Shown here: positions 14,036 through 28,636 of the stretch, in pieces | How the letters are laid out: the number at the start of each line of letters is the position of its first letter | Position numbering within the stretch: the stretch's first letter is position 1 | Assembly: GCA_951406725.2 (NCBI GenBank) | Contig: OX597825.1 | Coordinates: 81,158,001 to 81,222,000 of the forward strand | Direction: 5' to 3' | Source of the DNA: Octopus vulgaris | Lineage: Eukaryota | Length of the DNA: 64,000 nt | The notes under the pieces: model-generated | Databases searched by the model: none | The model's input: the letters and a program-made list of their open reading frames with translations, nothing else | What the model was told of the DNA's origin: nothing | Position numbers and translations under genes: made by a program

Positions 14036-14079
<44 letters not shown>

Positions 14080-14758
14080 GTTTATATATATATATATATA
14101 TACACATACATATATATATATATGTATATATATGGATATTGTTATGTAGTAAGTGTATTTTATGTGGCAAGCAGTAGATCTCACCTACAAAGCAGGTAGG
14201 ACTCTCAAACCACGCAAAAACACACACACACACACACCTACAGAATGACACATACTTACTCTCGCAATATAGAGACCGTTAGAACACAAACACACACACA
14301 CACCACTTACACACGCGACTACTTGACGATCTCTAACAGACAATGCTACCCAGTAAAATGGACACGGGTGTTAATCAATTTATGATGGGGTATTTACTAT
14401 ATTACTCTCGTTTGGTTCCTTTGTCACCTGTATCAGTTTGTGCGTCCATTATTAATAGGGCGCCATTTTAAAAGGCGTAGGGAAAATAACAAAAAAAAAA
14501 AAGAAAAATGCAAGACAAAAGTACAAAAATAACACAAAACAGAACAAAACAATGGGGAGAAGCTGAGATTTGAAAGTAAATCGCCTTTTACAGCTGACGA
14601 TAGGGTTTCAAAAGACAAAAAACCGAATAAAATAACAAAGGAAAATTTATATAGAAATGGTAAACGCAAGTGTATTATGTAGAACGTATAAAAGGATAGA
14701 TATACGTAGGTGTGTATATTTATGTGTATGTATGTGTGTGTATATGTGTATGCGTGTG

Positions 14759-14794
<36 letters not shown>

Positions 14795-14992
14795 AGGGGT
14801 GCAGGAGAGTCCATACAGTATGATGGAGGTGGTGGGGTGAGAAGTCAAAAAAGATCGATGGATACACACAGACACTGATTTTCGCATACATACACACACA
14901 AACACACACACACATATATATAAATGCATACGCATATATCTACATATTACATATACACATACATTTACACACACACATATATATATATATAT

Positions 14993-15143
14993 ATTTCTTT
15001 AGTGCCCACAAGGGGCTAAAGATAGAGGGGACAAACAAGGACAGACAAAGGGATTAAGTCGATTACATCGATCCGAGTGCGAAACTGGTACTTTATTTAG
15101 CGACCCCGAAAGGACGAAAGGCAAAGTCGACCTCGGCGGAATT
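14993..15143 (-). mobile_element. SINE A, 5'-truncated
   Basis: Tail and central domain match the family; the tail abuts (TA)n. Confidence 0.85.
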
Positions 15144-15172
15144 TCTCTGTCTGTTTCTCTCTCTCCCTTTCG

Positions 15173-15225
<53 letters not shown>

Positions 15226-15299
15226 AATATATATGTATATACGTACACACACACACACACAAACAGATATATATATATATATATTCATATACGCGGTTA

Positions 15300-15525
15300 G
15301 TCCACATCAGTCGGTAAGGAGCAGAATCCCTAGTTTCCCGCTTTCTCCAGGGTGTATATATATTCCCCACCTGTTCCATTACAAGATAATTCATTTTTGC
15401 CACCTGAATGGAGTGGAGCAACGTGAAATTAATTGTTTTGCTCAAGGACGCAACGCGTTGCCCAATTCAGGAATCGAAACCACAATCTTACGGTCATCAG
15501 TCCAGCACCCTCACCACCAAACCAA
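15300..15525 (-). mobile_element. CORE-like tRNA-derived SINE (family C), diverged
   Basis: Reverse strand shows B-box GGTTTCGATTCC followed by GTCCTTGAGCAAAACAATTAATTTCACGTTGCTCCACTCCA. Confidence 0.65.
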
Positions 15526-15883
15526 ATTTCCAAGCGATATCTACTGTTGTACACATGTCATAAAATAAGAAGATGCACTTCGTTTATTAGTTAATTGTAT
15601 CATCTTTTGTGAAGTGTTACAATGTTACGTCCCGCTGAAGAGGCTTCTTTCGGTTTCTCTCTACCAAATCCACTCCCACGATTCTCGTTGGTGCGTGTCA
15701 TTATAATAGGAGAAACCCAAGGTGGTACAAAACCGAAAACGGAACCACGTGGTTGTCACCATTATATACCATTATATAGGGACCATGTTAATCCTCTCTG
15801 TATCATTACAACTTTCGAATATGTAGTCTGGAAGCTAGTTATCTGTGTGTGTGTCTCTCTCTGTCTTTCATTATATGTATAAA

Positions 15884-16129
15884 CAATAATCCCTTGCCAT
15901 ATCGCGGTTCACCTATCGCGGTTCACCTATCGCGGTTTATCGATCGCGGTTTATTATTTAAGCTTACGTCGATTCCTCCGTGGTGTCGTTTTGCATTTGA
16001 AATAAAATTAATAAATACAAATTATAAAAATAATAAAATATACAGTACAGTACTGTTTCTACTTCGCGGATTTTCACCAATCGCGAGATGTCTTGGAACG
16101 TATCACCCACGATAGCCGAATGAATACTG
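15884..16129. mobile_element. pogo/Tigger-like MITE
   Basis: Imperfect TIRs CAATAATCCCTTGCCATATCGCGG / CCACGATAGCCGAATGAATACTG with subterminal TATCGCGG repeats. Confidence 0.6.
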
Positions 16130-16367
16130 CATATATATATATATATTTATAATTGAAAAAGTTCGTTATAAGTATAAAAAAATCATAAAGAAGTATTAAG
16201 ATGGAAAAAAGATGTTAAAATCAAAATTGGATTTAATACATACGCACATTTCAAAACACAATACAAATATGAAGAAATAATAATAATAATAATAATATAA
16301 TAATAATAATTATTATTATTATTAAAGTTATGCATTATCATATATATATCTGTGTGTGTATGTATAC

Positions 16368-16443
<76 letters not shown>

Positions 16444-17453
16444 TATATGGATATAACTCATATGTAAATTAGTATTTCTATATAAAAATCTCTCATATAT
16501 CCTTAGCATTTGATTTTAATGCCTACCCCAAGAGTTAAATTCAAACACTATATGAGAGATTTTTAAGTATTAGAAATAGCTTTAAAAAGTTTTTCTAATG
16601 AGTTCAGTATGCGGCGATAATTATTTTTAAGGAGATGATGTACAGGTATTATATATTAGAAGAAATGAGGTAATCAGATCGGATGGTTCATATTTATAGA
16701 TATTTATTTATATATTACATTTTTTACATATATATCTATCATATCATTCAGATCATATCATTCGGATTATTAGCGCTTTCTCAAAATCCAGTGGGGTTTT
16801 CAAATCAAATATATATATATATATAAATAGAATGTTTATAAATTCTCCAAATTTTTAGATATACTTTCACCACACATTACACAGTCTGTCTGTCTGTCTG
16901 TCTCTCTCTCTTTCTCTCTCCCTCTAAGTCTATTCCTTTCTCCCCGTGACCCTTTAACCTCATCATTTTTTTTCAGTTGAAGCATCATAAACAAAATGTC
17001 ACGCAGACACCATTCTTCTTCCGAGCATCCAACCTTACCATCACTCCGCTTTTTCAGCGTTGTTACAGTTTAACAGTTTTTTCAATTTACCCGCAACCCC
17101 CACCATCATACGCCACACCACGTGCATATGCAAACATGCCATAATGTATGTATACGTGTATCTGTATGGATGAGTAGTTTTCTTGTTTATGTATAATGTT
17201 TATGTCCAATATTCCATATATCTCTTGGGAAATTGTTCTTGCCACTCTAGAGACCAAAAAATCTCTGCTGCCAATGAACCGCCATGTTATAAATAGACTA
17301 ATATAGAAATATATATAGATTTTTAGCATTAAATAATTTATATATTTAATATATTTTACAGATAATTTTTTCTCTACGTATTGGTCGTGAATCTTGCATT
17401 AAGTAATGCGTACGCACACAAATATACGCACACAGTCACACATATATATATGC

Positions 17454-17669
<216 letters not shown>

Positions 17670-17728
17670 ATACTTCTATATATGTACTCTTTCACCACAA
17701 CTTTTTCTCCCTATTTCTTGCTGTTTCT

Positions 17729-18143
17729 TATTTCTTTACTACCCGCAAGGGGCTACACACAGAGGGGACAAACAAGGACAGACAAATGGATTTAGTCGAT
17801 TACATCGACCCCAGTGCGTAACTGGTACATATTTAATCGACCCCGAAAAGATGAAAGGCAAAGTCGACCTCGGCGGAATTTGAACTCAGAACGTAGCGGC
17901 AGACGAAATACCCATTTCTTTACTACCCACAAGGGGCTAAACACAGAGGGGAAAAATAAGGACAGACAAACGGATTAAGTCGATTACATCAACCCCAGTG
18001 CGTAACTGGTACTTAATTTATCGACCCCGAAAGGATGAAAGGCAAAGTCGACCTCGGCGGAATTTGAACTCAGAACGTAACGGCAAGCAAAATTCCATTA
18101 AGCATTTCGCCCGGCGTGCTAACGTTTCTGCGAAGTTGCCACC
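17729..18143 (-). mobile_element. SINE A dimer with 16-bp TSD
   Basis: TSD ATTTCTTGCTGTTTCT 17713-17728 / ATTTCTTCCTGTTTCT 18144-18159. Junction GAAATACCCATTTC near 17906. Confidence 0.9.
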
Positions 18144-18713
18144 ATTTCTTCCTGTTTCTGTTGTACGTGTATTTCAAAGGGCCAGCCTTGTCACACACTG
18201 TGTCACGCTGAATCTCTTCGAGAACTACGCTAAGGGTATACGTGTCTGTGGAGTGTTCAGCCACTTGTACATTAATTTCACGAGCACGCTGTCCCGTTGA
18301 TCGGATCGACTGGGACCCTCGACGTCGTAACCGACGGAGTGCCACGCGAATAGACATGATATTTGATTGGTAACCCGCAAATTGACGAAACAATTGTAAA
18401 CCATGGAATAAATACAACGCCATACACCCCATTTTTTCTACTTATTATACACACACATATATGCATAACGTAGATGTGTTTGCGCTTATTTGTGTGTTGT
18501 GCTCATTTACACCTGTGGATCTACGTGTGTAATGGGAGACACTTCAAAGGTGAGTCAAAAGCTAGTGTTTTATTGTCGTGTTAGTGTAAGTTAGTTTTCT
18601 TTGTGGAATCTCGTTCAGAGTTTCTTCCATTTATGAACATAATCTGCGCCATTGAAATGGTTACGACCCGAGATCTAATAACGGATTGTGATCTTTTCTG
18701 TTGTCTATGTTGG

Positions 18714-18932
18714 GGATGATGATGTTGATGATGATGATGATGATAATGATGATGATGAAGATGATGATGATGATGATGATGTTGATGGTGATGATGATAA
18801 TGATGATGATGATGATGATGATGATGATGTTGATAATGATGATGATGATGATAATGATGATGATGAAGATGATGATGATGATGATGATAATGAAGGTGAT
18901 GATGATGATGATGATGGTGATGATGTTGATGG

Positions 18933-18988
<56 letters not shown>

Positions 18989-19526
18989 TTGATGATGTTG
19001 ATGATGATGAGGAAGATGATAGTGGTGGTGGTGGTGGTGATGGTGATGATGATGATGATGATGTTGTTAGCAGCAGTGGTGGGGGTGGCGATGGTGATGG
19101 TGATGATGACGACGACGACGACGATGATGATGATGATGATGATCATGATGGTGATGATTATAGTGGTGGTGGTGATGATGGTGATGATGATGGCAACGGT
19201 AATGATAGCAGCAGTGTTTGGGTGGTGGTCACGGTGATGGTGATGATGACGATGATGATGGTGGTGGTTGTGTGGGGTTGGTAATGTTGCTACTGCTGTG
19301 ATGATGAAAGTGGCAGCGGTGCCGGTGCTGGCAGTGGCGGTGGCGGCGGTGGTGATGATGGTAAAGCTAATGATAATGATGGTGAGGATGATGATGATGA
19401 TGATGATTACATTGGCGGCAGTGGGGTTCGTGGTGATGTTGCAACTCCTGCTGCTGATGGATGTGGCGGCGGTGGAGATAATGGTGATGATGTCGTTGTT
19501 GTTGTCGTCGTCGTCGTCGTCGTCGC

Positions 19527-19578
<52 letters not shown>

Positions 19579-19635
19579 GGTGGTGGTGGTGGGAGTGGGG
19601 TGGTGGCCGTAGCGATGATGATGATGATGATGGTG
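18714..19635. repeat. Compound (GAT)/(GGT)/(GTT)/(GTC) array
   Basis: Direct reading. Confidence 0.95.
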
Positions 19636-19732
19636 GCAGTACATAACATGTCCCACGCTGTCTATTGGGACTGTCCAGTCTTGGTCATTTGCTAAAAGTA
19701 TTTTAACTATGACCACTTAACGTAATGAAGTA

Positions 19733-20445
19733 GATGACCAACAGAACAGACAGACAGTCAGACCAACAGACGGGCAGACAGACAGATGACCAACAAAAGA
19801 GGCGAACAGAGAGTCTTATGACCAACAGAACAAACAGAAAGACAAGCAGTTTGGACAGACAAAGAGAAGAGACAGACAGACAGACAGGCTGATGACCGGC
19901 GAAAGAGTCAAATCAGTCTTGTGGCCAACGGAACTGACAGACCGACAGACAGGTGGACCGGCAGATGACCAAAGAGAAGAGATCGACAGACAGACAAATA
20001 GACTAACCGACAGGCAGACAGACTGACCGACAGGCAACCGGACCGACAGATGACCAACAGAATAAACAGACAGACTAGTAAACAGAAAGGTGGCCAAAGC
20101 GAAAAGACATAGAGACGGACTGACAGATGGCCTGACAGACAGGCAGACTGACAGAGAGATAGATAGACAGACAGACGGACAGACAGGTGACCAAAGAGAA
20201 GAGACAGACAGACAAACAGGCTGATGACCAGCGGAAGAGTCAAATCAGTCTTGTGGCTAACAGAACTGACCATCCGACAGACAGGTAGACCAGCAGATGA
20301 CCCAAGAGAAGAGATCGACAGACAGACCGACCGGCAAAGCAGACAGACCGACAGTTGACCAACAGAAGAGACAGACAGACTGGCAGACAGAAAGATGGCC
20401 AAGACAGACAGATTGACAGACAGACGGACAGACAGATGACCAACG
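19733..20445. repeat. (CAGA)n-derived higher-order repeat with a ~330-bp duplication
   Basis: Recurring CAGATGACCAACAGAA subunits. The block starting at 19861 repeats at 20193. Confidence 0.8.
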
Positions 20446-21473
20446 ACACACTAGAAGGGGAGGTTAAGGTGACACCGCTGGACATTAGATAAGAACGTTG
20501 TTGTTATTGTTGTGGTCGTGGTGGTGTTTGTTGTTGTTGTTTTGCCTCTCGTCAGAGCAGAGACAGCAGAAGCATAATAAAAGGCATTCCAGCCGTGACC
20601 AAGCTTCCTTTTATCCTATATTCACAGAACGCAGGACTACATTATCAAACAAAATTTTTCTTAAACTGACTTATTTATTTGAAGGAAATTTAGCTGCTAT
20701 TTGTAGCAGGTCGAGTGTCTATGTAGAGTCTCCCCCGTTGGTGTTGAAAGTGGGTGGGAGTAGTGATAATGTTAGCAGTGGGGTTGGTCACGGTTGGTGG
20801 TGGTAGTATTAGTAGCGGCGATAGTGGTAGTGGTGGTGGGGCGTGATAAAGACGAGGAGGTGGTTTGAGCGCTAGTAGAGGTCGTTTCATCTGTTGTTGG
20901 CGAGAGCGGGGGTGGCGGAGGTAGTCATGGGCTATGGAATATGGTGGTGTTGTTGTGGTAGTGGTGGTGGTGATGATGATGATGATGATGCTGGTGGTGA
21001 TGACGGTGATAATGATAGTAGTGGTGGTGGTGGGGATGTTGGTTGTGATGGTGGTGGTTGTGGTGATGGTGGTGGTAAATATGGTGGTATTATTAACGGT
21101 GGGGTGGAGGTAGGGGTGGTGCTGGTTTGGAGAGGTGATGCGGGGGAAGGGGGGTGTAGGGATGCGGGAGGTGAGTGTCTGACAGAGAAAAAAAGCCAAA
21201 AGATGGAGATTCTGATAAAATGCGAAGACTTGGGCAAAAGAATGGAAGTGAGACCTTTCGCAGGGGAAACACAACTTGATGCAATTACGGAGTGATTAAT
21301 GAATAATAATTAATTAGACAAGCGATTCGACAGACGGGAATGTGTGTGTGTGTGTGTGTGTGTGTGTGATTAAATGAGTCAGTGAAACAGAATAACTGGA
21401 CATTCGAATTCACATATTAATATTTATTAATGTATACACATGAATGTGTATACATATATACATACATATATTT

Positions 21474-21544
<71 letters not shown>

Positions 21545-21926
21545 TATATATATATACATATATATACATGCATACATACATATATATATACATACATATA
21601 TATATATGTACATATTTATATACATATATATATATGAGTATATAGATGTATATTATATATACATATATATATTCATATATATTTATATATTTATATGTAT
21701 ATATAAATGTATATTATGTGTATATATATATGCGTGTATGTATATATATCTATATATATGTGTGTGTGTGTGTAGTGGAGTTGGTGGGGGGTGTATGTAT
21801 ATGGCTTAGACACAAGATATACAAAAGCAAATAGAGACATCCAGAGGGGCATCAAGATAATTATCTTCGGTTTTGTTTTGCCAAAAGCTCGCTAACAATA
21901 TGTATGGTGTGCATGCGTGCGACATA

Positions 21927-22014
<88 letters not shown>

Positions 22015-22036
22015 GATAGATAGATAGATAGATAGT

Positions 22037-22084
22037 AAGACTTGTGAACAAATTTGGTTGATGGAAAGTGAAAGAATCCTGCCG

Positions 22085-22169
<85 letters not shown>

Positions 22170-22357
22170 CTGTTTGTCCCTCATCAAGCTTGATAACCGG
22201 TGTTGATGTGTTTTCGTCCCCCGTATATTAGCGGTTAGGCAAAAGCGACCGATAGATTAATTACCAGGCTTAGCAAAAAAATTAAGTCGATCAATCCGAC
22301 TAAACATTCTTTAAGGCTGTGCTGCAGCATTGCCACAGTCCAATGACTTAAACAAGT

Positions 22358-22360
<3 letters not shown>
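22037..22360 (+). mobile_element. SINE B, 5'-truncated, with internal (TA)n(TG)n
   Basis: Diverged match to 39018-39480. Confidence 0.75.
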
Positions 22361-22417
<57 letters not shown>

Positions 22418-23080
22418 GGTAAACAGTAAAAATAATTACAGACATGGACAAGAACATGAAACGCCACAGAGACGACACAATAACCACAGGACGGGACATT
22501 CGAAGCCCTCAGTCATCAGTCAAGAACCAGATCATCTTAGCAATTTCGGCTGATTAATCTTGAGATTGCTCCGATATGGCCAGCCCGCCACGGGAAATCT
22601 AAGCCAAGTGCATTAGATCCCCTGGAAGAAAGCTTCGAATGTATACAACACGAGGACGGAAAACGAACGAAGTACACGAACAAAAATACAGAATACGTGA
22701 CAACAATAAGAATACAAAAACGTAAAACAATAACGGTAAAAATAAAGTATAAAGAATAAACAACAAAACAAAACCAGGACGTAGGACAAGGGTCTTTCGA
22801 CAGGACGAATTGAGCATGGGGCTAGCTTATGAAGTTGTGCCTAATGGCCACAGGGAGACGAACAAGTACGTGTTGCTTCAACGGCTGCTGGAACGAAAAG
22901 AGCGTTCAACAGCGGCTAGCGGTCACGTGAGAACAAAAGACAAGAGAAAGGGACAGATGAAAAGAGAGAGAAGGTGGACGAGGGAGGAGAAGAAAGAGAC
23001 AGATCGAGGGGGCTGGAGGTGAGAGAGATAGAGAAACGTAGAAAATATACACATACACACACTTACCTGTGTCTGTATAT

Positions 23081-23202
23081 AATAAGTGGCTAGCAAGTAT
23101 CAAAATGGCCATAAAGGTAAAATATTATTAATTTATAATCAGGGTACTAGATAGCACTCCTATTTCTAGCAAAGCTGGTGCTACCTAATACCCTGATTAT
23201 AA

Positions 23203-23205
<3 letters not shown>
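23081..23205 (-). mobile_element. Short fold-back element abutting (TA)n
   Basis: 28-bp inverted arms at 23130-23157 and 23178-23205, plus a one-sided tail. Confidence 0.55.
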
Positions 23206-23256
<51 letters not shown>

Positions 23257-24354
23257 ACAAATATATATTTTTGTGGATATATACGATAGATAAATCAAAA
23301 ACATGGACAAGCGTGGATGAGGAGAAAGAGGAGGAGGGAGAGAGGAAGTAAATGACAGATTAGCTCTTAGATGAGATATTTGTATTATATTTTGTTATTT
23401 CAAGGTAATAAATAGATTTCCTTTGGAAACAGGCATTCATTCCATCAATTTGTGTAACCACTAAAAAAATTTCTAAAAGACTAAATTATTATTTACTTTT
23501 TGTATGTATGCCATAATTCCTGATAGGTGCAGATGTGGCTTTTTGGTAGGAAGCTTTTGTTATTCTGCAAAAGTGTCGTATATCCAAAACGTTGCATTTT
23601 CAGAAACCGAAAAAATAGTATTCACCTTCCATTTCTGTTTAGATTAGCAACAGTTTCATATATTATACAATAATATATTTATTTGGTGCAAATCTATATA
23701 TATCTTAAATCCATGCATGTATGATATTTTCAAGTGTCGAAATACGTCGCTTTTTCAGAAATAGTTTCACCATTCCATTTCTTTGTACATTTGCAACAGT
23801 TTCACTAAACAATGATACTTTGTTTGCATAAAACGCAAATATGTGTGATATTTTCCAGAAAAGTTTTGTACTACACCTTGACAATTTTCATATCTTGACA
23901 TCTGAAGCAGCTGGAGATACGATAATTTGACCAAAAGAACCAGGTGTTGCAAGCAAAAATAAATATTTAAAAGTAAACGCATTTGGCCAAATTTGGACAT
24001 TGGTATGTATGTATGTATGTATGTATGTATGTATGTATGTATGTATGTATGTATGTATGTATGTATGTATGTATGTATGTATGTATGTATGTATGTATGT
24101 ATGTATGTATGTATGTATGTATGTACGTGTGTGTGTGTGTGTGTGTGTGTTTGTTTGTTTAAGTCCCGTAACCTCAAGTAGTAGGGTTGATTTATTCGAG
24201 CAGTAATTCTTGACGGAGATGCACCAGCATGGCCACAATCGAATGACTAAAACAAGTGTAAAAGGTAATAGATTACCCAGGGTGGCAAAATATATATACT
24301 TTCAAAGGTACCCGTCATAGGACAGTAAAACTCTACTTAGAACATATTACTGAT

Positions 24355-24552
24355 TGGTTTCAAATTTTGGCACAAGGCCAGCAATTTCGGGGGAGGAGGA
24401 TAATCGATTATATTGACCCTAGTATTCAACTGGTACTTATTTTATGGACCCATATAGGATGAAGGGGAAAGTCAACTTCGGTGTAATTTGAACTCAGAAC
24501 GTAGAAAAGCATTTTGTCCGGCGAGCTGACGTTTCTGCCAACTTGTCGCCTT
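24355..24552 (-). mobile_element. SINE A, older tail type
   Basis: GGCACAAGGCCAGCAATTTCGGGGG tail, central domain and head. Confidence 0.8.
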
Positions 24553-24602
24553 AGCACGGATTACATATGGCGTCTCGTAGGATTTGGACCGACAGGTAAC
24601 TC

Positions 24603-25021
24603 TAAATGGCTCTCAATCATTTTTTCTTTCTACATATGAACTCCTTACCTTAGTGTTTTACTCTTCTGGACCTCCATAGCCATTTGATAGTTGAAATCTA
24701 ACACTGTACTTCTTTCAAACTCAGTTTATATAATTTCTTTCAAAACTGGTTTTAAAGAGATTTTTTCAAACCTAGTTGTATAACGTCTTTCAAAATTCCT
24801 CTTTTCATTCTCCTGAATGTGTGGACAATAACAGCACCCACGTGACTGACTTTTCGTTTTTTACTCCATTTTGCTTTTATTAATCCTACAAATATATCAA
24901 ATCATTTTGTCACACCCTGTACTATCGTGGATACCCAATTTACAGCTTTGCTTGCGTACACCCCGTAAATTTTATATGCCCCCAAACTAGGAATCACATG
25001 GATCCCGGTTGAGAATCACTG
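24603..25021. mobile_element. Possible hAT/Charlie-like MITE
   Basis: Right end GGTTGAGAATCACTG; degenerate left end AAATGGCTCTCAATCA. No clear 8-bp TSD. Confidence 0.35.
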
Positions 25022-25534
25022 AGTTATTCCGAAGATGTCGACGGTGTACTCAACCTGTTATACCTTAATACAAATTAGTAATTCAATTCATTTAAGAGCT
25101 GGATACATACATCGTCGAAACCGACGGAGAACCCATTTAAATATAAATTGACAAATTGATATGGTGTGTGAAAATTGACTGGATTTGTGAGAAATATTAT
25201 AGAGGTTAGAGAAAGATTTTATTTTTTGATGTTGCTTTATTTAATAGATTTTCAGATTATATTTGTTCAATCACATATTGATTAGATCAATTGAATTCGG
25301 TGAATATTAATAAATTTTTGATTCCGCTTCAATGCATACTTACATTTGATATTTGTCTTTAGACATACAATCATACATACAAACATACATTCATACATAC
25401 ATACATACCTACATACATATATACATACATACGTATATATATATACACATACATATATATATGTGTATATATATATATCCATACATATATATACATACAA
25501 CATACATGCATATATATATATATATATATATACG

Positions 25535-25574
<40 letters not shown>

Positions 25575-25580
25575 TATCTA

Positions 25581-25614
<34 letters not shown>

Positions 25615-25691
25615 TAATACATACATACATATATATTATATCTATATCTATGTCTATATATCTCTCTCAATATATATATATACATACATAG

Positions 25692-25755
<64 letters not shown>

Positions 25756-25812
25756 ATATGGACACATACATGCATATAAATGTGTGCATACATACAAACA
25801 TACATATATACA

Positions 25813-25848
<36 letters not shown>

Positions 25849-26065
25849 TACATATGCATACACGCACTCACATTTGTTGATATACATGTGTATGTGTATG
25901 AGACAGAGTTTGTGTGTGTGTGTGTGTGTCTGAGTGTGTGCGTAAACGTTGCAATTTTTAAATATGTTTTAATATGTTCATACTTTTGCTTGATATGCAT
26001 GTCGTATATCTATATACACCTCTACACACAGACATATATATACACATATATACGTATATGTATAC

Positions 26066-26099
<34 letters not shown>

Positions 26100-26387
26100 A
26101 TGTATACAAATATGTATACATATATTATATATGTGATGTGCGTATGTATATAGAGATACATAGGTTTGTATTTGTGTATATGTATCTATATTCATAATTA
26201 AAGAAGGTTTTTTATAAGCATTAAGAACCAGTGAACAGTAACTGAACAAAAAGATTGACGCCGAAATTGTTGCGAGAGATTTCTCATAATTCTATTGACA
26301 GTTTCACCAGTCAAAGGTTATCAATAAAATTAATGATAAACTATATATACATGCATATGCATGATACTTGCACGCATTCACACCCGG

Positions 26388-26443
<56 letters not shown>

Positions 26444-26451
26444 AATATACA

Positions 26452-26578
26452 TACGACGGGTGTATGAAAAGTTTTGAATCTTCAAGGCCTTTGAGCCTTG
26501 AAGTTTTGTATCTTTATCAGAAGTATTGTACCCTGTTTTATTTTGTTGAGGCTCAAGGCTGTTCATACACCCATTGTA
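26452..26578. mobile_element. 127-bp mariner-type MITE
   Basis: TIRs TACGACGGGTGTATGAAAAGTTTTGAATCT / rc TACAATGGGTGTATGAACAGCCTTGAGCCT with TA ends. Confidence 0.7.
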
Positions 26579-26639
26579 CATACATGTGCGTGTGTGTAAC
26601 ATGACATATTTATATACACACGCACACACACATGTGTGT

Positions 26640-27480
26640 GTAGACTGTAGTTGAGTTCATATTGTGTGATTGCTTTCTCATCGTTAACCAATATTTTATC
26701 TTCATTTGTGAATCTTTCAATCACTAAAAATCTCCATTTGTAGACGTGGTTTCTAAGCAATTCTGTTTGGTGAGGTCTCTATGTGTCCGCGTCTTTCGTC
26801 TCTTCTTTTGGTTGTGTTCGCTACCTTTCTTCTCTCTATTTTCTTCCGACAGTAACACAGAAAATATATGCTAGGCCAGGGTCTTCTTTTTTTTAGTTGG
26901 AAAGTTTAATATTCCTTTGGATTTGTCTGTTGAGTTTTGAACCTCTCCTTATGTCCGCCAATCAGGTGTTATCAACAACGTGGTTGGATTTCAGAGGATT
27001 CTACAAGAAAGGTACGAGTTAGACAAACATACAACCTGTCCGAACCCTTCGAGACGATCCTTGTAAAGTGTTGTAAACTGTGGATTTGATGCTAGTGGAA
27101 AAGGCTTGCTGAAGGATTTCTGTGGTCGTAATTTTATCACGGCGGGGGACAGAAAGGATTTTCTGGTGACGTTGGATATCAAAGGTCTCCTGGTCCTTGA
27201 TGTTTCGGCTATATATGTCCCATGTTTCGCATCCACACAACTGAATGGAATCTGATTGTCTGGTAGACAGGTACGTTATTATGGAGCTCAAAAAAATGTT
27301 TTGAAGTACTTTCTTAGCTTAGTAAAGGATGCAGGCCTCTGCATGTTTTGGTACTTGAGGCGAGTGATTGCTGCTAGTTGTTAGTTTCGTATTCTGAGAC
27401 TGATGAAATGGGAGTTTGGCCATGCACTGTTGACAACACGGCTTCCGATTTCTAGATTTAATTGTCAGGTTCATTCTATT
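26640..27480 (-). mobile_element. Decayed RTE-like LINE, C-terminal part of the RT ORF
   Basis: QLCGCETWDIYSRNIKDQETFDIQRHQKIL resembles the RTE LLYGCETW...LE.F...CLRKIL motif. Multiple frameshifts. Confidence 0.65.
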
Positions 27481-27496
27481 GTACGTCGTCGTAACA

Positions 27497-27900
27497 CAGG
27501 AATGTCAAACTCGTTTGGCTTTTCGGGCTGGATTAAAGAATAAACTAGACCGATCTAGGTAGGAACAATTATTTCTGAAAAGAAATTTCTAATCATAATG
27601 TAGGCGAAAATAAACGAAGGGGCCATTGTATATTTGAGGAACTGTATTAAGAAGAAAGAAAAAGAATATAAGAATGATACTTTCGTGTAGAGAACTCTCA
27701 ATAATGGCATCGATATTCAGAATCTCATTGGGACCAAGCTGGTAAAATACAAGAAATGATTACGTTTACAATAGCAACAACAACATAGTTTTTAAATATA
27801 CACTCGTCCGGGAGTGTCAAACATATTTGGCTTTGTGGGCTGGATTGAAGAATAAACTAAACCTTACTGAAAATATAAGGATAATTATTCTTAAAGACCC
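27497..27900 (+). repeat. Two direct copies of a hAT-like terminal segment about 312 bp apart
   Basis: CAGGAATGTCAAACTCGTTTGGCTTTTCGGGCTGGATT at 27497 and CGGGAGTGTCAAACATATTTGGCTTTGTGGGCTGGATT at 27809. Confidence 0.55.
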
Positions 27901-28406
27901 TATTCATAATGGAAGCCATAGTAAATAAATGAAGGGGTCGATATACATTATAACAACTTTATTAACAAGAAAGAAAATAAGGTGAGATGTTATCGAAGAT
28001 TGTGTGTAGAGATGTGTAGGCAAAACTGATCCACATTGGACACATTCAGTCTTAAGAATGTTTCCAGTAAGAACAGAGATGGAAATTCTCCAAATGAATG
28101 CACACCGTTCTTGGGATGACAAATTCTTTGATAGAAAACTTGTACCATTTCAGTGGCAGAACCTTTCAATATCATTTATATCACTATCATTTACTGATTT
28201 GATTAATCGGAACAGTGTTAACCCCAACTCTCGTCGGGCCATGATTCAGATGGACACACAAGCAATGTCCGTTTTACAGAATTCTTAAAATCAAAAAGTA
28301 ACATATAAGCGCATTCTGATGTGAAGAATATCCTTGTCATGACGTGATTCTCGTTCTTCTTCCGATCCTCGTCATGTGTAACATGGCGGTTACGAGACCG
28401 AGGTAA

Positions 28407-28625
28407 ATATTGGTTTTAAATTTTGGCACAAGGCCAACAATTTCGGGGGATAGTGTAAGTAGATTACATCGATCCCAGTGTTTGACTGGTACTTATATTA
28501 TCAACCCCGAAAGAATGAAGAGCAAAGTTGACCTCGGTAGTATTTGAACTTAGAACTTGGAGATGGATGAAATGCCGCTAAGCAGTTTTTCCGGTCCTCT
28601 AACGATTCTGCAAACTCGCCGCATT
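28407..28625 (-). mobile_element. SINE A (older tail) with 11-bp TSD
   Basis: TSD GACCGAGGTAA at 28396-28406 and 28626-28636. Confidence 0.8.
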
Positions 28626-28636
28626 GACCGAGGTAA

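Noticed and set aside
19889-19909. CTGATGA-CCGGC-GAAA-GAG-TC hammerhead-like string
   Set aside because: No stem I or stem III pairing. It lies in CAGA-derived repeat and the duplicate copy lacks GAAA.
21837-21895. GGCA..TGCC-AAAA-GC-TC possible decayed hammerhead
   Set aside because: Both core boxes are mismatched and there is no stem I. Too degenerate to support.
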